Of a DNA stretch of 64,000 nt, positions 38,855 to 52,949 are shown in pieces. The translations under genes were made by a program, and so were the position numbers. Source of the DNA: Ylistrum balloti. Taxonomy: Eukaryota. The stretch covers positions 1,550,001 to 1,614,000 of the forward strand of contig NW_026781907.1 of NCBI RefSeq assembly GCF_031769215.1, read 5' to 3'. Numbering within the stretch: position 1 is the first letter of the stretch; each line of letters begins with the position of its first letter. Under the pieces are notes generated by a model. That model saw only the letters and a list, made by a program, of their open reading frames with translations. It did not search any database and had not been told where the DNA came from.

Positions 38855-41800
38855 TGATTACCCAAGATCTTCATAGATAACCTGAAGCTGTCAATGAAAA
38901 CCCGAGGTCTTCATAGATAACCCGAGGCTGTCAATGAATATCCGAGGTCTTCATAGATAACCTGAGGCTGTCAATGATTACCTGAGGACTTCATAGATAA
39001 CCTGAGGCTGTCAATGATTACCTGAGGTCTTCATAGATAACCTGAGGCTGTCAATGATTACCCGAGGTCTTCATAGATAACCTGAGGCTGTCAATGATTA
39101 CCTGAGGACTTCATAGATAACCTGAGGCTGTCAATGATTACCTGAGGTCTTCATAGATAACCTGAGGCTGTCAATGATTACCCGAGGTCTTCATAGATAA
39201 CCTGAGGCTGTCAATGATTACCTGAGGACTTCATAGATAATCTGAGGCTGTCAATGATTACCCGAGGTATTCATAGATAACCTGAGGCTGTCAATGATTA
39301 CCCGAGGTCTTCATAGATAACCTGTGGCTGTCAATGATTACACAGGTCTTCATAGATAACCTGAGGCTGTCAATGATTACCCGAGGTATTCAAGGATCAT
39401 CTGTGGCTGTCAATGATTATCTGAGGTCTTCATAGATAATATGCGGCTGTCAATGATTAACAAAGGTCTTCATAGATAACCTGAGGCTGTCAATGATTAC
39501 CTGAGGTCTTCATAGATAACCTGAGGCTGTCAATGATTACCCAAGGTCTTCATAGATAACCTGAAGCTGTCAATGATTACACAGGTCTTCATAGATAACC
39601 TGAGGCTGTCAATGATTACACAGGTCTTCATAGATAATCTGAGGCTGTCAATGATTATCTGAGGTCTTCATAGATAACCTGAGGCTGTCAATGATTATCT
39701 GAGGTCTTCATAGATAACCTGAGGCTGTCAATGATTACCCAAGGTCTTCATAGATAACCTGAGGCTGTCAATGATTACCCAAGGTCTTCATAGATAACCT
39801 GAGGCTGTCAATGATTACCCAAGGTCTTCATAGATAATCTGTGGCTGTCAATGATTACCTGAGGTCTTCATAGATAACCTGAGGCTGTCAATGATTACCC
39901 AAGGTCTTCATAGATAACCTGAAGCTGTCAATGATTACACAGGTATTCATAGATAATCTGAGGCTGTCAATGATTACACAGGTCTTCATAGATAACCTGA
40001 GGCTGTCAATGATTACACAGGTCTTCATAGATAATCTGAGGCTGTCAATGATTATCTGAGGTCTTCATAGATAACCTGAGGCTGTCAATGATTATCTGAG
40101 GTCTTCATAGATAACCTGAGGCTGTCAATGATTACACAGGTCTTCATAGATAACCTGAGGCTGTCAATGATTACACAGGTCTTCATAGATAACCTGAGGC
40201 TGTCAATGATTATCTGAGGTCTTCATAGATAACCTGAGGCTGTCAATGATTACACAGGTCTTCATAGATAACCTGAGGCTGTCAATGATTACCTGAGGTC
40301 TTCATAGATAACCTGAGGCTGTCAATGATTACACAGGTCTTCATAGATAACCTGAGGCTGTCAATGATTACACAGGTCTTCATAGATAACCTGAGGCTGT
40401 CAATGATTACACAGGTCTTCATAGATAACCTGAGGCTGTCAATGATTATCTGAGGTCTTCATAGATAACCTGAGGCTGTCAATGATTACACAGGTCTTCA
40501 TAGATAACCTGAGGCTGTCAATGATTACACAGGTCTTCATAGATAACCTGAGGCTGTCAATGATTACACAGGTCTTCATAGATAACCTGAGGCTGTCAAT
40601 GATTACACAGGTATTCATAGATAACCTGAGGCTGTCAATGATTACCCGAGGTCTTCATAGATAATCTGAGGCTGTCAATGATTACCGGAGGACTTCATAG
40701 ATAACCTGAGGCTGTCAATGATTACCGGAGGACTTCATAGATAACCTGAGGCTGTCAATGATTACACAGGTCTTCATAGATAACCTGAGACTGTCAATGA
40801 TTACCCGAGGTCTTCATAGATAACCTGAGGTTGTCAATGATTACCTGAGGACTTCATAGATAACTTGTGGCTGTCAATGATTACCGGAGGACTTCATAGA
40901 TAACCTGAGGCTGTCAATGATTACCCGAGGTATTCATAGATAACCTGAAGCTGTCAATGATTACCAGAGGTCTTCATAGATAACCTGAGGCTGTCAATGA
41001 TTACCTGAGGACTTCATAGATAACTTGTGGCTGTCAATGATTACCAGAGGACTTCATAGATAACCTGAGGTTTTAAATGATTACCCGAGGTCTTCATAGA
41101 TAACCTGTGGCTGTCAATGATTACCCGAGGTCTTCAAGGATCATATGTGGCTGTCAATGATTACCCGAGGTCTTCAAGGATCATATGTGGCTGTCAATGA
41201 TTACCCGAGGTCTTCATAGATAACCTGTGGCTGTCAATGATTACCCGAGGTCTTCAAGGATCATATGTGGCTGTCAATGATTACCCGAGGTCTTCAAGGA
41301 TCATATGTGGCTGTCAATGATTACCTGAGGTCTTCATAGAAAACCTGAGGCTGTCAATGATTACCCGAGGTCTTCAAGGATCATATGTGGCTGTCAATGA
41401 TTACCCGAGGTCTTCAAGGATCATATGTGGCTGTCAATGATTACCCGAGGTCTTCAAGGATCATATGTGGCTGTCAATGATTACCCGAGGTCTTCATAGA
41501 TAACCTGTGGCTGTCAATGATTACCCGAGGTCTTCATGGATAACTTGTGGCTGTCAATGATTACCCGAGGTATTCATAGATAACTTGTGGCTGTCAATGA
41601 TTACCCGAGGTATTCATAGATAACCTGAGGCTGTCAATGATTACCCGAGGTCTTCATAGATAACTTGTGGCTGTCAATGATTACCCAAGGTCTTCATGGA
41701 TAACTTGTGGCTGTCAATGATTACCCGAGGTATTCATAGATAACTTGTGGCTGTCAATGATTACCCGAGGTATTCATAGATAACCTGAGGCTGTCAATGA

Positions 41801-42205
41801 TTACCCGAGGTCTTCATAGATAACTTGTGGCTGTCAATGATTACCCAAGGTCTCCATAGATAAGCTGAGGTCAATGATTACCCGAGGTCTTCATAGATAA
41901 CCTGTGGCTGTCAATGATTACCCGAGGTCTTCAAAGATAACCTGAGGCTGTCGATGATTAACAAAGGTCTTCATAGATAACCTGAGGCTGTCAATGATTA
42001 CCTGAGGTCTTCAAAGATAACCTGAGGCTGTCAATGATTAACAAAGGTCTTCATAGATAACCTGTGGCTGTCAATGATTAACAAAGGTCTTCATAGATAA
42101 CCTGTGGCTGTCAATGATTAACAAAGGTCTTCATAGATAACCTGAGGCTGTCAATGATTACCTGAGGACTTCATAGATAACCTGAGGCTGTCCTAAAGAG
42201 GACCT
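38855..42205. repeat. 39/40-bp minisatellite (gtcttcatagataacctgaggctgtcaatgattacctgag), ~84 copies
   Basis: 3.3-kb array built from two related 20-mers, with local variant blocks. Confidence 0.97.
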
Positions 42206-42979
42206 GAGGTCATTAAGACTCATCTTAATTTATTAACATATTTAGCTGTATATGTCATTGTCACAGGTCCTGGTACTGTCACCAGTAAAGTGATGTAATT
42301 ATCATGGATAAGAAAATGACATATATTATCACAAACTGTGATTTTGAAGCAAAGTTGACCAGAATCAAATACTTGACCAAGAAATCATTCGAGAAAATAT
42401 CTGATAGAAGTTTTTACCACCAATGTCACAATTCGTATCTCTTTACTAGGAAATATGATATTACAAAGCAAGATGTTTAGTGAGAAGCTCACCAAAAGTC
42501 AAAGTCAATGTGTTAGAGATTAAGGTCAAGTAAAGTACTTAAATAGCATGAACAGTATAAACAAGGATCATGAAAATGAAACCAGAAACTGCAGGATTAC
42601 TCAGATGTCAATATCAACATTTTAATTTTGAATCACAATATAAAAGCTATCCAGTCACAAAGCATGTTATATATAGCTTATCATGTAGATCACAATTTAC
42701 ACATGTAAGCTTTATCAAAGTAATCTTACTGAGTTCAGGTTTACAAATCGGGCACTTTACAGAGCCCTTTCTGATGTGTGGGTACTTTGGTTAAATTGTG
42801 GATTGCTTTTCAAGTACAAATGCGAACTGAGGTCTAGATCATCGTAACTTTCAATAGAAAATTCATTTTTACACAATAACACCAATTCGGCTGAATAACT
42901 GAAATTTCCTGGGACTGATCAATTTAGAAAATAAGAAATCAATCACTGGACATCCCACAATGCCTTGTTATTGTGTATC

Positions 42980-43440
42980 ATGTGTTGACATGCTTGTGTA
43001 AACATTCTGATGTAAACATTCATGTGTTAACATTCCTGTGTAAACGCTCATGTGTTGACATGCTTGTGTAAACAATCTTGTGTAAACATTCTTGTGTTAA
43101 CATCCTAGTGTTAACATGCTTGTGTAAACGTTCATGTGTTAACATGTTTGTGTAAACATCCTAGTGTTAACATGTTTGTGTAAACATCCTAGTGTTAACA
43201 TGTTTGTGTAAACATCCATGTGTTATGCATGTGTAAACCTGCATGTGTAAACATTCTTGTGTTAATGTTGTTGCATTCACAAGCTTGTGATAACATCCAT
43301 GTGTTAACATGCTTGTGTAAACATGCTTGTGTTAATATGCTTGTGTTAATATTCCTGCATTCACAAGCTTGTGTTAACATCCATGGGTTAGCATTCTTGT
43401 GTAAACATTCAAGGCATCACCATGCTTCTGTAAACATTTT
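42980..43440. repeat. Degenerate ~14-bp repeat (tgtgttaacatgct / tgtgtaaacattc)
   Basis: Tandem units containing the palindrome atgttaacat. Confidence 0.8.
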
Positions 43441-44449
43441 GTTTACTAATATGTGTTTACATACTTAATACATATGGTAACACATATGTTTATATACCTC
43501 TGTTACATCATGTTACGTGTTTTACAGACGTGTATATATAATTTACACAGCAATTCTACTACAGAAATTCAGATTTGATTTAAGATACAATAAATGTTAT
43601 TCATCATGTGATAATAATCACATCACAGCTCGCCGTCAAAATACATGTAGCTGTTTCACTTGACGAATTACAGTGTCGATTAAGAATAACTTATTTAAGT
43701 TATCTGACAACATAATTGGATATCAAATGTAAAGGTAGGCATTGATATTCTTGTCTCATGGATTTTATGGTAACATGAACGCCAGAGATTAGTCGGTAAA
43801 CAAACCATATTGGCTATAATATTGCAAGGTTCTGGTACAATGTTTTCATAATAGCCAAAAATAGAGTTCAATGCTTTAATAAAATGTTCTGCCTACGTGG
43901 CTGTAAATGTTCGTGTGTTTTGTTGCTATGTGTGTATGTGTGTGTATTGGATCAGAAGCAATTCCTATTATCGGGTATGTTTGGTGTTTTCACCCAGAAG
44001 TAATGTAAAAGCTGTCTAATTTCATCACATAGACTGTATGATAGCATACTCTCGTGTTAAGTGGATAAAGGTTGGAATATACAGTACTTAAATACAAATG
44101 TATGATCATCAGTTTATTGTGAACGTCATTCTCAGCAAAACTGTGTTATAGATAAAACACGAGTTGCTCTAAATTAAAAATAAAAAATACATATATTAAA
44201 ATCTGTGAAATGTGTTATGAATTCTGAGATCAGTGCTTGAGAAAATTTATCATTATTACATGCACCTGGTTAACTTAAATCACTTTTCGACATTCCAAGT
44301 TTGCAAACAATCAGTTCCTCTCTTCTGTATATTTTTACAAGAATACTCCTGACAACCAGAGTAGACAGACGAAGTTTTATCTTGTTAATATGTTCTATTG
44401 CTCCTAAGACCAGAACAGTTCATGACGTGTTAAGAGATAGCATTGCAGT

Positions 44450-45052
44450 AATAAAGACAATATTTGGTATGACAGAACTAGGTAGGAACATTGAGATAAC
44501 ACAGACAATATTTGGTCTGACATTGAGGTAACACAGACAATATTTGGTATGACAGACTAGGCACCAACATCGAGATAACAAAGACAATATTTGGTATGAC
44601 AGAACTAGGTACGAACATTGAGGTAACAAAGACAATATTTGGTATGACAGAACTAGGTACGAACATTGAGATAACAAAGACAATATATGGTATGACAGAC
44701 TAGGCACGAACATTGAGGTAACAAAGACGATATTTGGTATGACAGACTAGTAACGAACATCGAGATAACAGACAATATTTGGTATGATAGACCAGTAACG
44801 AACATCGAGATAAAGACAATATTTGGTATGACAGACTAGGCACGAACATTGAGGTAACAAAGACGATATTTGGTATGACAGACTAGTAACGAACATCGAG
44901 ATAACAAAGACAATATTTGGTATGACAGAACTAGGCACGAACACTGAGATAAAACAGACAATATTTGGTATGACAGAACTAGGCACGAACATCGAGATAA
45001 CAAAGACAATATTTGGTATGACAGACTAGGCACGAACATTGAGGTAACAAGT
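44450..45052. repeat. ~46-48-bp minisatellite (aaagacaatatttggtatgacagaactaggcacgaacattgaggtaac)
   Basis: About 13 tandem units. Confidence 0.92.
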
Positions 45053-45462
45053 CAATATTGTATTAAAATCCCCCTTTCTCTCTCCCCCAGAAGGCTATCG
45101 CTTAACAAAGTTTTTTTTGTCAGGTAGTAATAACTCAGAGATAAACATTAAATCTGTCTTTGTAAAACTTAATATATTCGTGTAATTGTTGTTAAAGTTT
45201 TAAGTATATGGAGATGTACATGACAGATAAAGGTTATCCAATCTGTGAAAGGAATATTAATGTTTTACAAGTCTATTAATCAGAGAAATCTGTTGGTGGA
45301 TCGGGGATATCTATTAGACATACAGGATAAAAAAACCACGATAACGTGTAAGTCATACAAGGAAGTAGTATATAAGGGATTGTTGCATCAAATAGATGTT
45401 TTAATCCATTCTGTTATGTTATAACTTGTACCCAATCCCGACCTCTAGTGAGAATCCTTTCA

Positions 45463-45780
45463 ATCAATCAATCAATAAATCGAGAGAGAGAGAGGGAGGA
45501 TGAGAGAAAGAGAGAAGGGGTGAGAGAGAGAAAGAGAGGGGGAGAGATNNNNNNNNNNNNNNNNNNNNNNNNNNNNNNNNNNNNNNNNNNNNNNNNNNNN
45601 NNNNNNNNNNNNNNNNNNNNNNNNNNNNNNNNNNNNNNNNNNNNNNNNNNNNNNNNNNNNNNNNNNNNNNNNNNNNNNNNNNNNNNNNNNNNNNNNNNNN
45701 NNNNNNNNNNNNNNNNNNNNNNNNNNNNNNNNAGGGAGAAAAAGAAGGAAAGAAAGACAGAGAGAAAGACAGACAGACGG
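45463..45780. repeat. (TCAA)n/(GA)n-type microsatellite spanning an assembly gap (N at 45549-45732)
   Basis: Purine-rich runs on both sides of the Ns. Confidence 0.85.
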
Positions 45781-46129
45781 GCAGACAGCTCTTCCCTAAT
45801 CCCTGATCTAGTACTTGGGATATACATAGGTATTTAGGTTGGTAAAATACTACGTGTTGTTGGGACGTATTTTACATGGATTGGACATCAGTTCGTCCCA
45901 ACAATTACAGTCTACATAACCACATGGATAGAGGTGATAACTAAATACCTGTAAACAAGTGTATGTCCTAATAATCTCATGTTAATACATTTCATGACCT
46001 CTCGACCGTAAAAGGTATTTGTTTCGCCGGAACTTCACATACGATTAATCTCAATTTTTGTTGGGATATCTGTTATATGATACGGACATAGCGGTTAGAA
46101 CGTAACTCTTTGTTTTTTCCCCTCAAAAC

Positions 46130-46985
46130 CCCTTGAACTGATTCAATGAAATTTTGCCCTGGCCTAATGTGAGCCAAAATGGTGAATTATGTAGTTCCCA
46201 TCCCGCAGGGGCCAAAAGTGTCAAATTGACTCAAACATCTTCTTCTCAACATCCAGAGCAAATGCTCTGCTTGTATGTAAGCATCTTAAGGAGCTTCACC
46301 AAAATTATGAATTTCTTGGCTCAAGGGTAAGGTGGTCCGTTTACTATAGTTTAGATAGTAAAAATATATTTTTGAGCATATTTTGTTTAATTTCCATTGG
46401 AAATATTTGAAATTAGGTTAGAATTATGAGCGAAGAATGGCTGCTTGACGGTGTATCCATATTGATCCCGACTGACCCTCAGGGGCTGATGGGCGGTGCC
46501 AAAAGGGGTCAGATTGACTCAGATTAGAAATATCTTCTTCTCAACACCAAGATATGGTACTATCAAATGTTCTTCATGGATGGAAGCGTCTTAAAGTACT
46601 TCTTACAAATTGTGATTTTCATGGTTTCACATTTCCCCGTGGGAATATAGGAAAAGTAGACTTTTGAACATTAATTTGTTTAATTTCCAATGGAAATATT
46701 TCCAACTTGATTGGAATTATGTGTGAAGGGAGACGACTTGACCTTATGCCCACATTGATCTTGACTGACCCCCAATGGCTAATTGGTGTGCCAAAAGTGG
46801 CTAGATTGACTCAGATTTCAAAAATCTTCTCAACACCTAGATATGGCAGAATCAAATGCTTCATGGATGGAAGCATATTATAATGCTTAACCATTATTGT
46901 GAATTTCATGGCCCCAGGGTCTCAGAAAATGTGTCAAACTGACTTAGATAAAAAAGATCTTTTTCTCAATCCCTGGAGAGAGTGT
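46130..46985 (+). mobile_element. Non-autonomous element with 3-4 diverged internal repeats (HINE/Helentron-like)
   Basis: caaaag..gtca.attgactca...tcttctcaacacc.ag...tgaatttcatggcc recurs at ~46213, 46500, 46791 and 46927. Family assignment rests on resemblance to common bivalve repeats. Confidence 0.45.
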
Positions 46986-47063
46986 CTAATGTTTATCTGT
47001 ATGTATGCATACATAGATATATATAGAATAAGGCTATCTAAAATAGGCACAATGTAGTAACGT

Positions 47064-48300
47064 ACCTGAAGGCACGTTCCTGATAAACATGGATGTAGTC
47101 TCCCAGTACATCAACATCCCACACAAGGTTGGTATCTTAGCTTGCTGTACGGCATAGGACTGCAACAGATAGTCAGGCAGAACTTCTGAAGTTTCTGCTC
47201 ATGTTGAACAACTTCACATTAAATGGAAAACACTATGTACAAAGCAGTGGTACTGCCATGCACACCAAGGTTGCACCATCCTATGCAAATTCATTTATTT
47301 GCAACCCTGAGTCTTGGCTTCTTGCAGCACCCCCCTCGAAACCACTCAGCTGGTTTATTTTCATTGATAACATTGCGATCAAGAGGACATCCGGTCGAGA
47401 ATCTCTTGAGTATTTCATTTGTTTTGCAAACGAATTCCATAGGACCATTAATTTTACAGCTGACATCTCCAGCGAGAAAAACTTTCTTGGACACTTGTTC
47501 AATACTCACCAACGGAGAAATAAGCACGGATTTATACAGTAAACCCACGGACACTCACCAGTACCTTCGTCCATCTAGTTGTCACCCCATACTACAAGGG
47601 ACATTCCATACGTCCACACGTTGAAAATCAGAAGTATTGTTTCTGAAGACGACGTCTTTAGACGCCGTTGCCTAGAACTGAAGTCCCATTTTCTCAACAA
47701 GGGATATATGGCAGCTCTGATCGACCGCGAAATCGATAGAGATAAAGCACTAGACAGGGCTAGTAAACTTGAATACCAAGACTGACCAAAAACTGGGAGA
47801 GAACCTTGTGTGGTGACCTTTCACTCCTGCATGCCACCATTGTCAACGATCTTCCAGAAGCACTGGCTAATCCTACTGTCGTCCAGTAAACTTCAGAACA
47901 TTTTCCTGGAACCACCAATACTAGCTTATCGCAGACTGGAAAACATCAAAGACCTGGCGGTGAGCAGTAAGCTACCGACAACCTCCCACACTCCTGCAAC
48001 TGGCTGTTTTACTTAATTAAGAGGTGCAAGCTTTGTCCGTATACTCGCAGCACCAGTTTATTCAAATGTGAGGTCAACGGCCAAAACTACCACATCCTCC
48101 AGTCGGTATCCTGCACATCGGCCAATGTAATATATTTGGTTACGTGTACCAAGTGCCATTAGTAGTATATGGGGGAGACAAAAACACCACCTCAGGATCA
48201 ACAATCGCCGATGTTCTATCAAACAGAAACATCCCGGACTTGCCCGTACTAAGACATTTCAACATGCCAAGCTATACGTGACGAGACATGCAGGTGGTAC
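47064..48300 (+). mobile_element. Decayed 5'-truncated Penelope-like retroelement, Neptune-like (RT plus GIY-YIG endonuclease)
   Basis: Frameshifted motifs: MDVVSQYINIPH; QSSGTAMHTKVAPSYAN; WFIFIDN (from W.RYIDD); TDLYSKPTDTHQYL..SSCHP; RCKLCPY linker; SCTSANVIYLVTCTKCH**YMGETK; HFN. Confidence 0.9.
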
Positions 48301-49346
48301 CCTTTGACCGAGTGTGACACGAAATATTTTTCTCTGCGATCACATATTGTCTCACAGATTTACATAAACATTTTTGATATTTGTATCACCATCTTCCATA
48401 CAACTTAGGACGGTTTTTTGTCCCTTATAAAGGGCCTTCGGCGTCCATCGGCCGAAGAGATTGTCGAGACACCGAAATTTTCACTACCGTTCTTGTTAGT
48501 TTATACCTTTGCATTTGTTTTATGTCCTATTTATGATGTAATTTTTATAATATTTGTGTCTTGATAAAGAGACAAAGTGCGTCGAAATTTGACAATTCAC
48601 TTGTCCGTTCTACCGCTATTACTTCATTGTTCATATCCGAAGGTATATATGTAGATCAAGCTCGGGTACATTTGCGACTGGTAATTCTGATCTGGAACCT
48701 TCGGATCATCATCATTACTGTATATGATGCATTGTGTTATTTCACTGATATTTTAGACATTATAACAGAATTAGCGAAGGAAGAAAGTTTTTGAGTCGTG
48801 CCCTGTCTGGGCCTCGAAGTCGAGATATATATGTGTGTATACACCGACGTAAAGAAAAGGTGCAAATAATAATAATAAAAAAAAAAAAAACCAAAACAAA
48901 CAAAAAACAAAAACAAGAACAAAAAACAAAAAAAAAAACCAAACGAAATGGATAACAAATCTAGCTCACCACATATAACTAACTTTTTATTGTCTTCACT
49001 ATGAAATTTCGAAGATGTTGAACAATGGCCAAGGACCACTACACTACTCTCCAGGTACAAATACACATAACGACGAATTTAAGATTACAGGTAACATGTT
49101 AAGTTTAGTTTTTTCCAGAAATACAAATATTATACTTTACTTTACAACAGTCAGGTATTAGGATACATATAGTAACATACAATATTGAGTCCTTTGTTAT
49201 ATATTCATGTTATACTTGTTAAAGATAATTATCCGTAAGTGCAATACAAACATCGGCCCGGTATACAGAAGGCACGGTACTAGTGTTTTTTCGGTGACGC
49301 ACAGTCGTGATATTTCCCAGTTTAACGTATTAGGACCACTGTTGTC

Positions 49347-52242
49347 TATAAACACTGAACATTACGGAAGTTGTTGACGATCTGTAAGGACGAGGGAAGC
49401 CGCTGTTTTATAACAGGTAAGAATGTTCCTCCGATGTTAGATAATCCGTAAACATCCCGTGTCGACAAACTGTATTGTGATACAGAGGTTATATTTTCAG
49501 ATTTATCTAAATTGCTCATTTACATTCCACGAGGCCGGATATCAAAACACGTGTTATTTCAGTGTTAGGTTTCTAAGTTTGCAAATTTCAGCGACAGTTT
49601 AACAGTTCTGACGATTAACCACATTTCTCGATATGTCAGAAGTTACCACGACCGTTTTGATGATTACAGGGTCACCTTCATCAGACACTGACGTAGGTAG
49701 GGTACGAGATGGTAAGGAATCGACCGACAGTTTCGGCTGTACTATAATTTTATATGTGCATTACGCTCAAACATAGTGTTATGAGATGGTTAAAAGATTA
49801 TAGACAAAAATTGTACTTTGGTCAATTTTGTTTAACACTTGTTCATAGATGCACGAGAGTAGGCAGCCCATAGTTCCTGTTTAGTACTGGGCCATTGCAG
49901 AGTTCCAGACTGCTTCTTTAACCAACCATCTGAAAGTGTTGTTTTCCTTTTCGACTATTTTTAATTTTGCCCATTCTATGATATGAATTTGATGTGTGGA
50001 ATGATCTGTAAGTGCAGATTTATATATCTGAAACTGAAAATGTTTTCGCTCTGATGAAGAGATTTTTTGCCTTTCTGAGGCAATCGTTTCACGTTTGTTG
50101 AGCAAGGTTTGTACAACGCCCAACTTCAGGTGTAAGGGGCGGTGCAATCGGAAGGTGAGGTATTGGTCCGTGTGCTTTCATACCGATAGACCAGTACTTT
50201 GATAGCACCGTCATCTTTCTGTACTAGGAGGGTAACAAGGAATGGCATAGCGCCATTGATTTCTTCACCACAGGTGGATTTGTTGGTGGTATCTATGGTT
50301 TTGATAAGCTCAATCAAATATTTTTTGTGAACCTTTTTTTTCAACATGTCATCAACATATCGCTTCCACAGACTGGGCTTGCATTCTACGGGGCCGTGAC
50401 TGTAGCTTCTTCCTCCGAGTGTTCCGTTAATAAATTGGCCACAACAGGAAACACTGTCCATATATATGCTAAACCGTTGCTGATAGATGGCATCAAAGCA
50501 CAACTTCTAGCATATCCATGATGTTTTGGATATAGAGATTGATATTCTTTTCCCATGTCGGGTCTTGCTCTAGGCGGCTCCGAATGATACCAAGTGGTTT
50601 TTTTTCAGTTGAAGTGTTGTTGAAAAGAGTCACTGCTATCTTTGAAATGAATTTCTGATCTTTTAGGATAAGTACCGCGGACATACTTTCTGCAAGGTAT
50701 CTCGAGTTTTTGACATGATGTTCAGATTTTCCCACCAAGGATCCGAGAATGTCTGCTAGTGACCTGGAGACATTGTAACCAATGGAACCAGTATAGTCCA
50801 TTATATGCCGAAATGGTTTACCTTTTTTGTGGACCTTGGGTGTGCAGTACATTCTAGGTGTGTTTGCTGCAGTGGGATACATGTGTCTAAGTTGTGATTC
50901 GGTGATATTATTTTCTGATTAAGGATATTAACTATTGACAGAATCATCACAATATGTCATTGGCGACGGAAATAGCCATTAGAAGTAATTACTATGCTAG
51001 AAAGTTGATTATTGAGGGTGAACACTGACAGAAAGTATTACCATATTTCGCCACTAACGGAGTTTAACCGTTTATAAGTCAAATCAAATAATTGTTGAAC
51101 AGTGGATTACATCATGATAATTTACGAAAATCGTTCACTGTTTCACGTCGAGATTGAAGCCAAAAGATTTTGCAGATATCTCTGATGTTTAGATGTGTTT
51201 TCTTTCGCCTAGATACCTTATACAAATAACTGTTGTCTTCTCTATTGCTTAGGTGCCACAGAGAACCTGTGTCTGTTGTTCGGGTATTCAGATACTACAA
51301 ATGGATGTCCTAAATATAGATATTATCCTTTCTGGTTTTTTAAACAAGGTTAAACATCTTTACATTGGTTCACATATAAACACACCACACACATTTAATA
51401 CTGTCATGCACACATAAATACCCATACAGATACATGCTCAACTGACTGACGGAAAATCTCGTAACACAAGGTTTCAAAAGATGCAAGTTGATGGAAATTA
51501 TGGGGAAGTTTTATGGTCACTATATTGAGCTCATTAAAATTTTTTTTTTTTTTGTGTAATATGAAGCTGGACGTGTTTGATGCTCATTAGTTTGACTGTT
51601 GTTTCCGTTGTAGTATACATTGTTCTCGTTTGAGAACGTGACATTATGTACTTGGACTGATCAATGTTTATGTGGCAGGTGTCGTCGATGAAGCTTACTT
51701 TTCCTGAGCACCTGGTCTTACTTTCCTTGTCCTTTTTCACGAGTCTCTGTGTAAATCTATCTCTCTTTTGTTTATATTTTGTGATTATAAACAAGTAAAC
51801 AATATTGTATTTTTGTATCAGTAATAGTATCATTAACTAATTTAATATATTCTGTTTCAAAAAAGAAGAGAATTGTTGAATTTCCAGAGACCCTTTCCCC
51901 TTTTAAATAAATTAAATTTTAAAATTATTTTTGAGACTGAATGTTCTGCCTTATAGCGTGGTTATCTGACAGAATCAATATCAATCTCTGGGCTAAGAAC
52001 ATGATTAAAATTACCACAGATAATGAATCAGTTATTACAAAAATCCTCAATAGTATCTGCTACAATATCTTAGAAAGAATGATCATCTTCAGCTGTGCTA
52101 TATATTGTTATAAAGGTCAAATTCTTAGAATTAAAAATTAAAAAAAAAGATTACCACACTTGCATTTGATTTATAGAAATGAAATAAAACCATTCATAGC
52201 CCCATTCTAATCTTATTTGGTCTTTCAGTTCTGCAGAAAAAC
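49347..52242 (+). CDS. Possible small spliced gene, 5' part (MSEVTTTVLMITGSPSSDTDVGRVRD|GATENLCLLFGY...|VLQKN)
   Basis: TATAAA at 49347; donor at 49417 (ACAG|GTAAGA); exon 49592-49711 with ATG at 49633 and a gtaagg donor; phase-compatible candidates at 51253-51348 and 52229-52242. No homology recognised. Confidence 0.3.
49880..50900 (-). mobile_element. Decayed, internally deleted Penelope-like retroelement, Poseidon/Penelope-like
   Basis: PRMYCTPKVHK...FRHIMDYTGS; VKNS; IYQQ; WKRYVDD; GAMPFL; LVYR; KLGVVQTL; then a jump to KSALTDH...W...KIVEKE...RWLVKEAVW, the C-terminal part of the endonuclease. Confidence 0.88.
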
Positions 52243-52949
52243 GTATGTCTTGAGGTCAATATATGTTGTAATCTTTACCTCTTAGATATGAGAATACTGT
52301 TTTTCTTTTTATAAAATCACCTAAGACCTGAAAATTTAAAGAAATAATTCTAATATCACCCATTTATAACAAAAATATATTGAAAAGGTCTTCCACTCCT
52401 CATGAAAAATAAGAAAAAACAGATATGAAGAATAGAGAAGAAGCGACAGGGAAAAATGTAAAGAAGCTCGTAACGGTTCACACACACACACAGCGACACA
52501 ACACACTTACATACACATTTAAAAGCATACCAGATATAGTTCTATTGTAGCTCAATTTAGTACTCAAAACAGTCACGATGTCATTAAGATTACAAAAACT
52601 CAATTTTACACTTTGAATAAATACCAATGGACAAAATAAGTACAAATAATTCGGGAAACATTACACATGTAGTAACCCTTCCATAGGAAAACACAATGTG
52701 TAACTGAATGATATTCATCACATATGTTCACTTTTCATCTCCCCCTCCCCACATTTCAGTGCATAAAATCGTTTATGTGTCCTCAATAATTAAAAACAAT
52801 ATTGATATATATATTGCCAACCAAAAAACAGACAAGTATAGGATATTTATTATAGACATATATACATGTCAATAGAATTCAGCCTCATGACAAATCCCAA
52901 CCTTCTAGGGCAAACATGAGAGACTTAACAATCGTGACATTTCCTCAGA

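Noticed and set aside
50048-50100. ctgatgaag as a hammerhead core
   Set aside because: No stem II plus GAAA follows, and it lies antisense within the retroelement's coding remnant.
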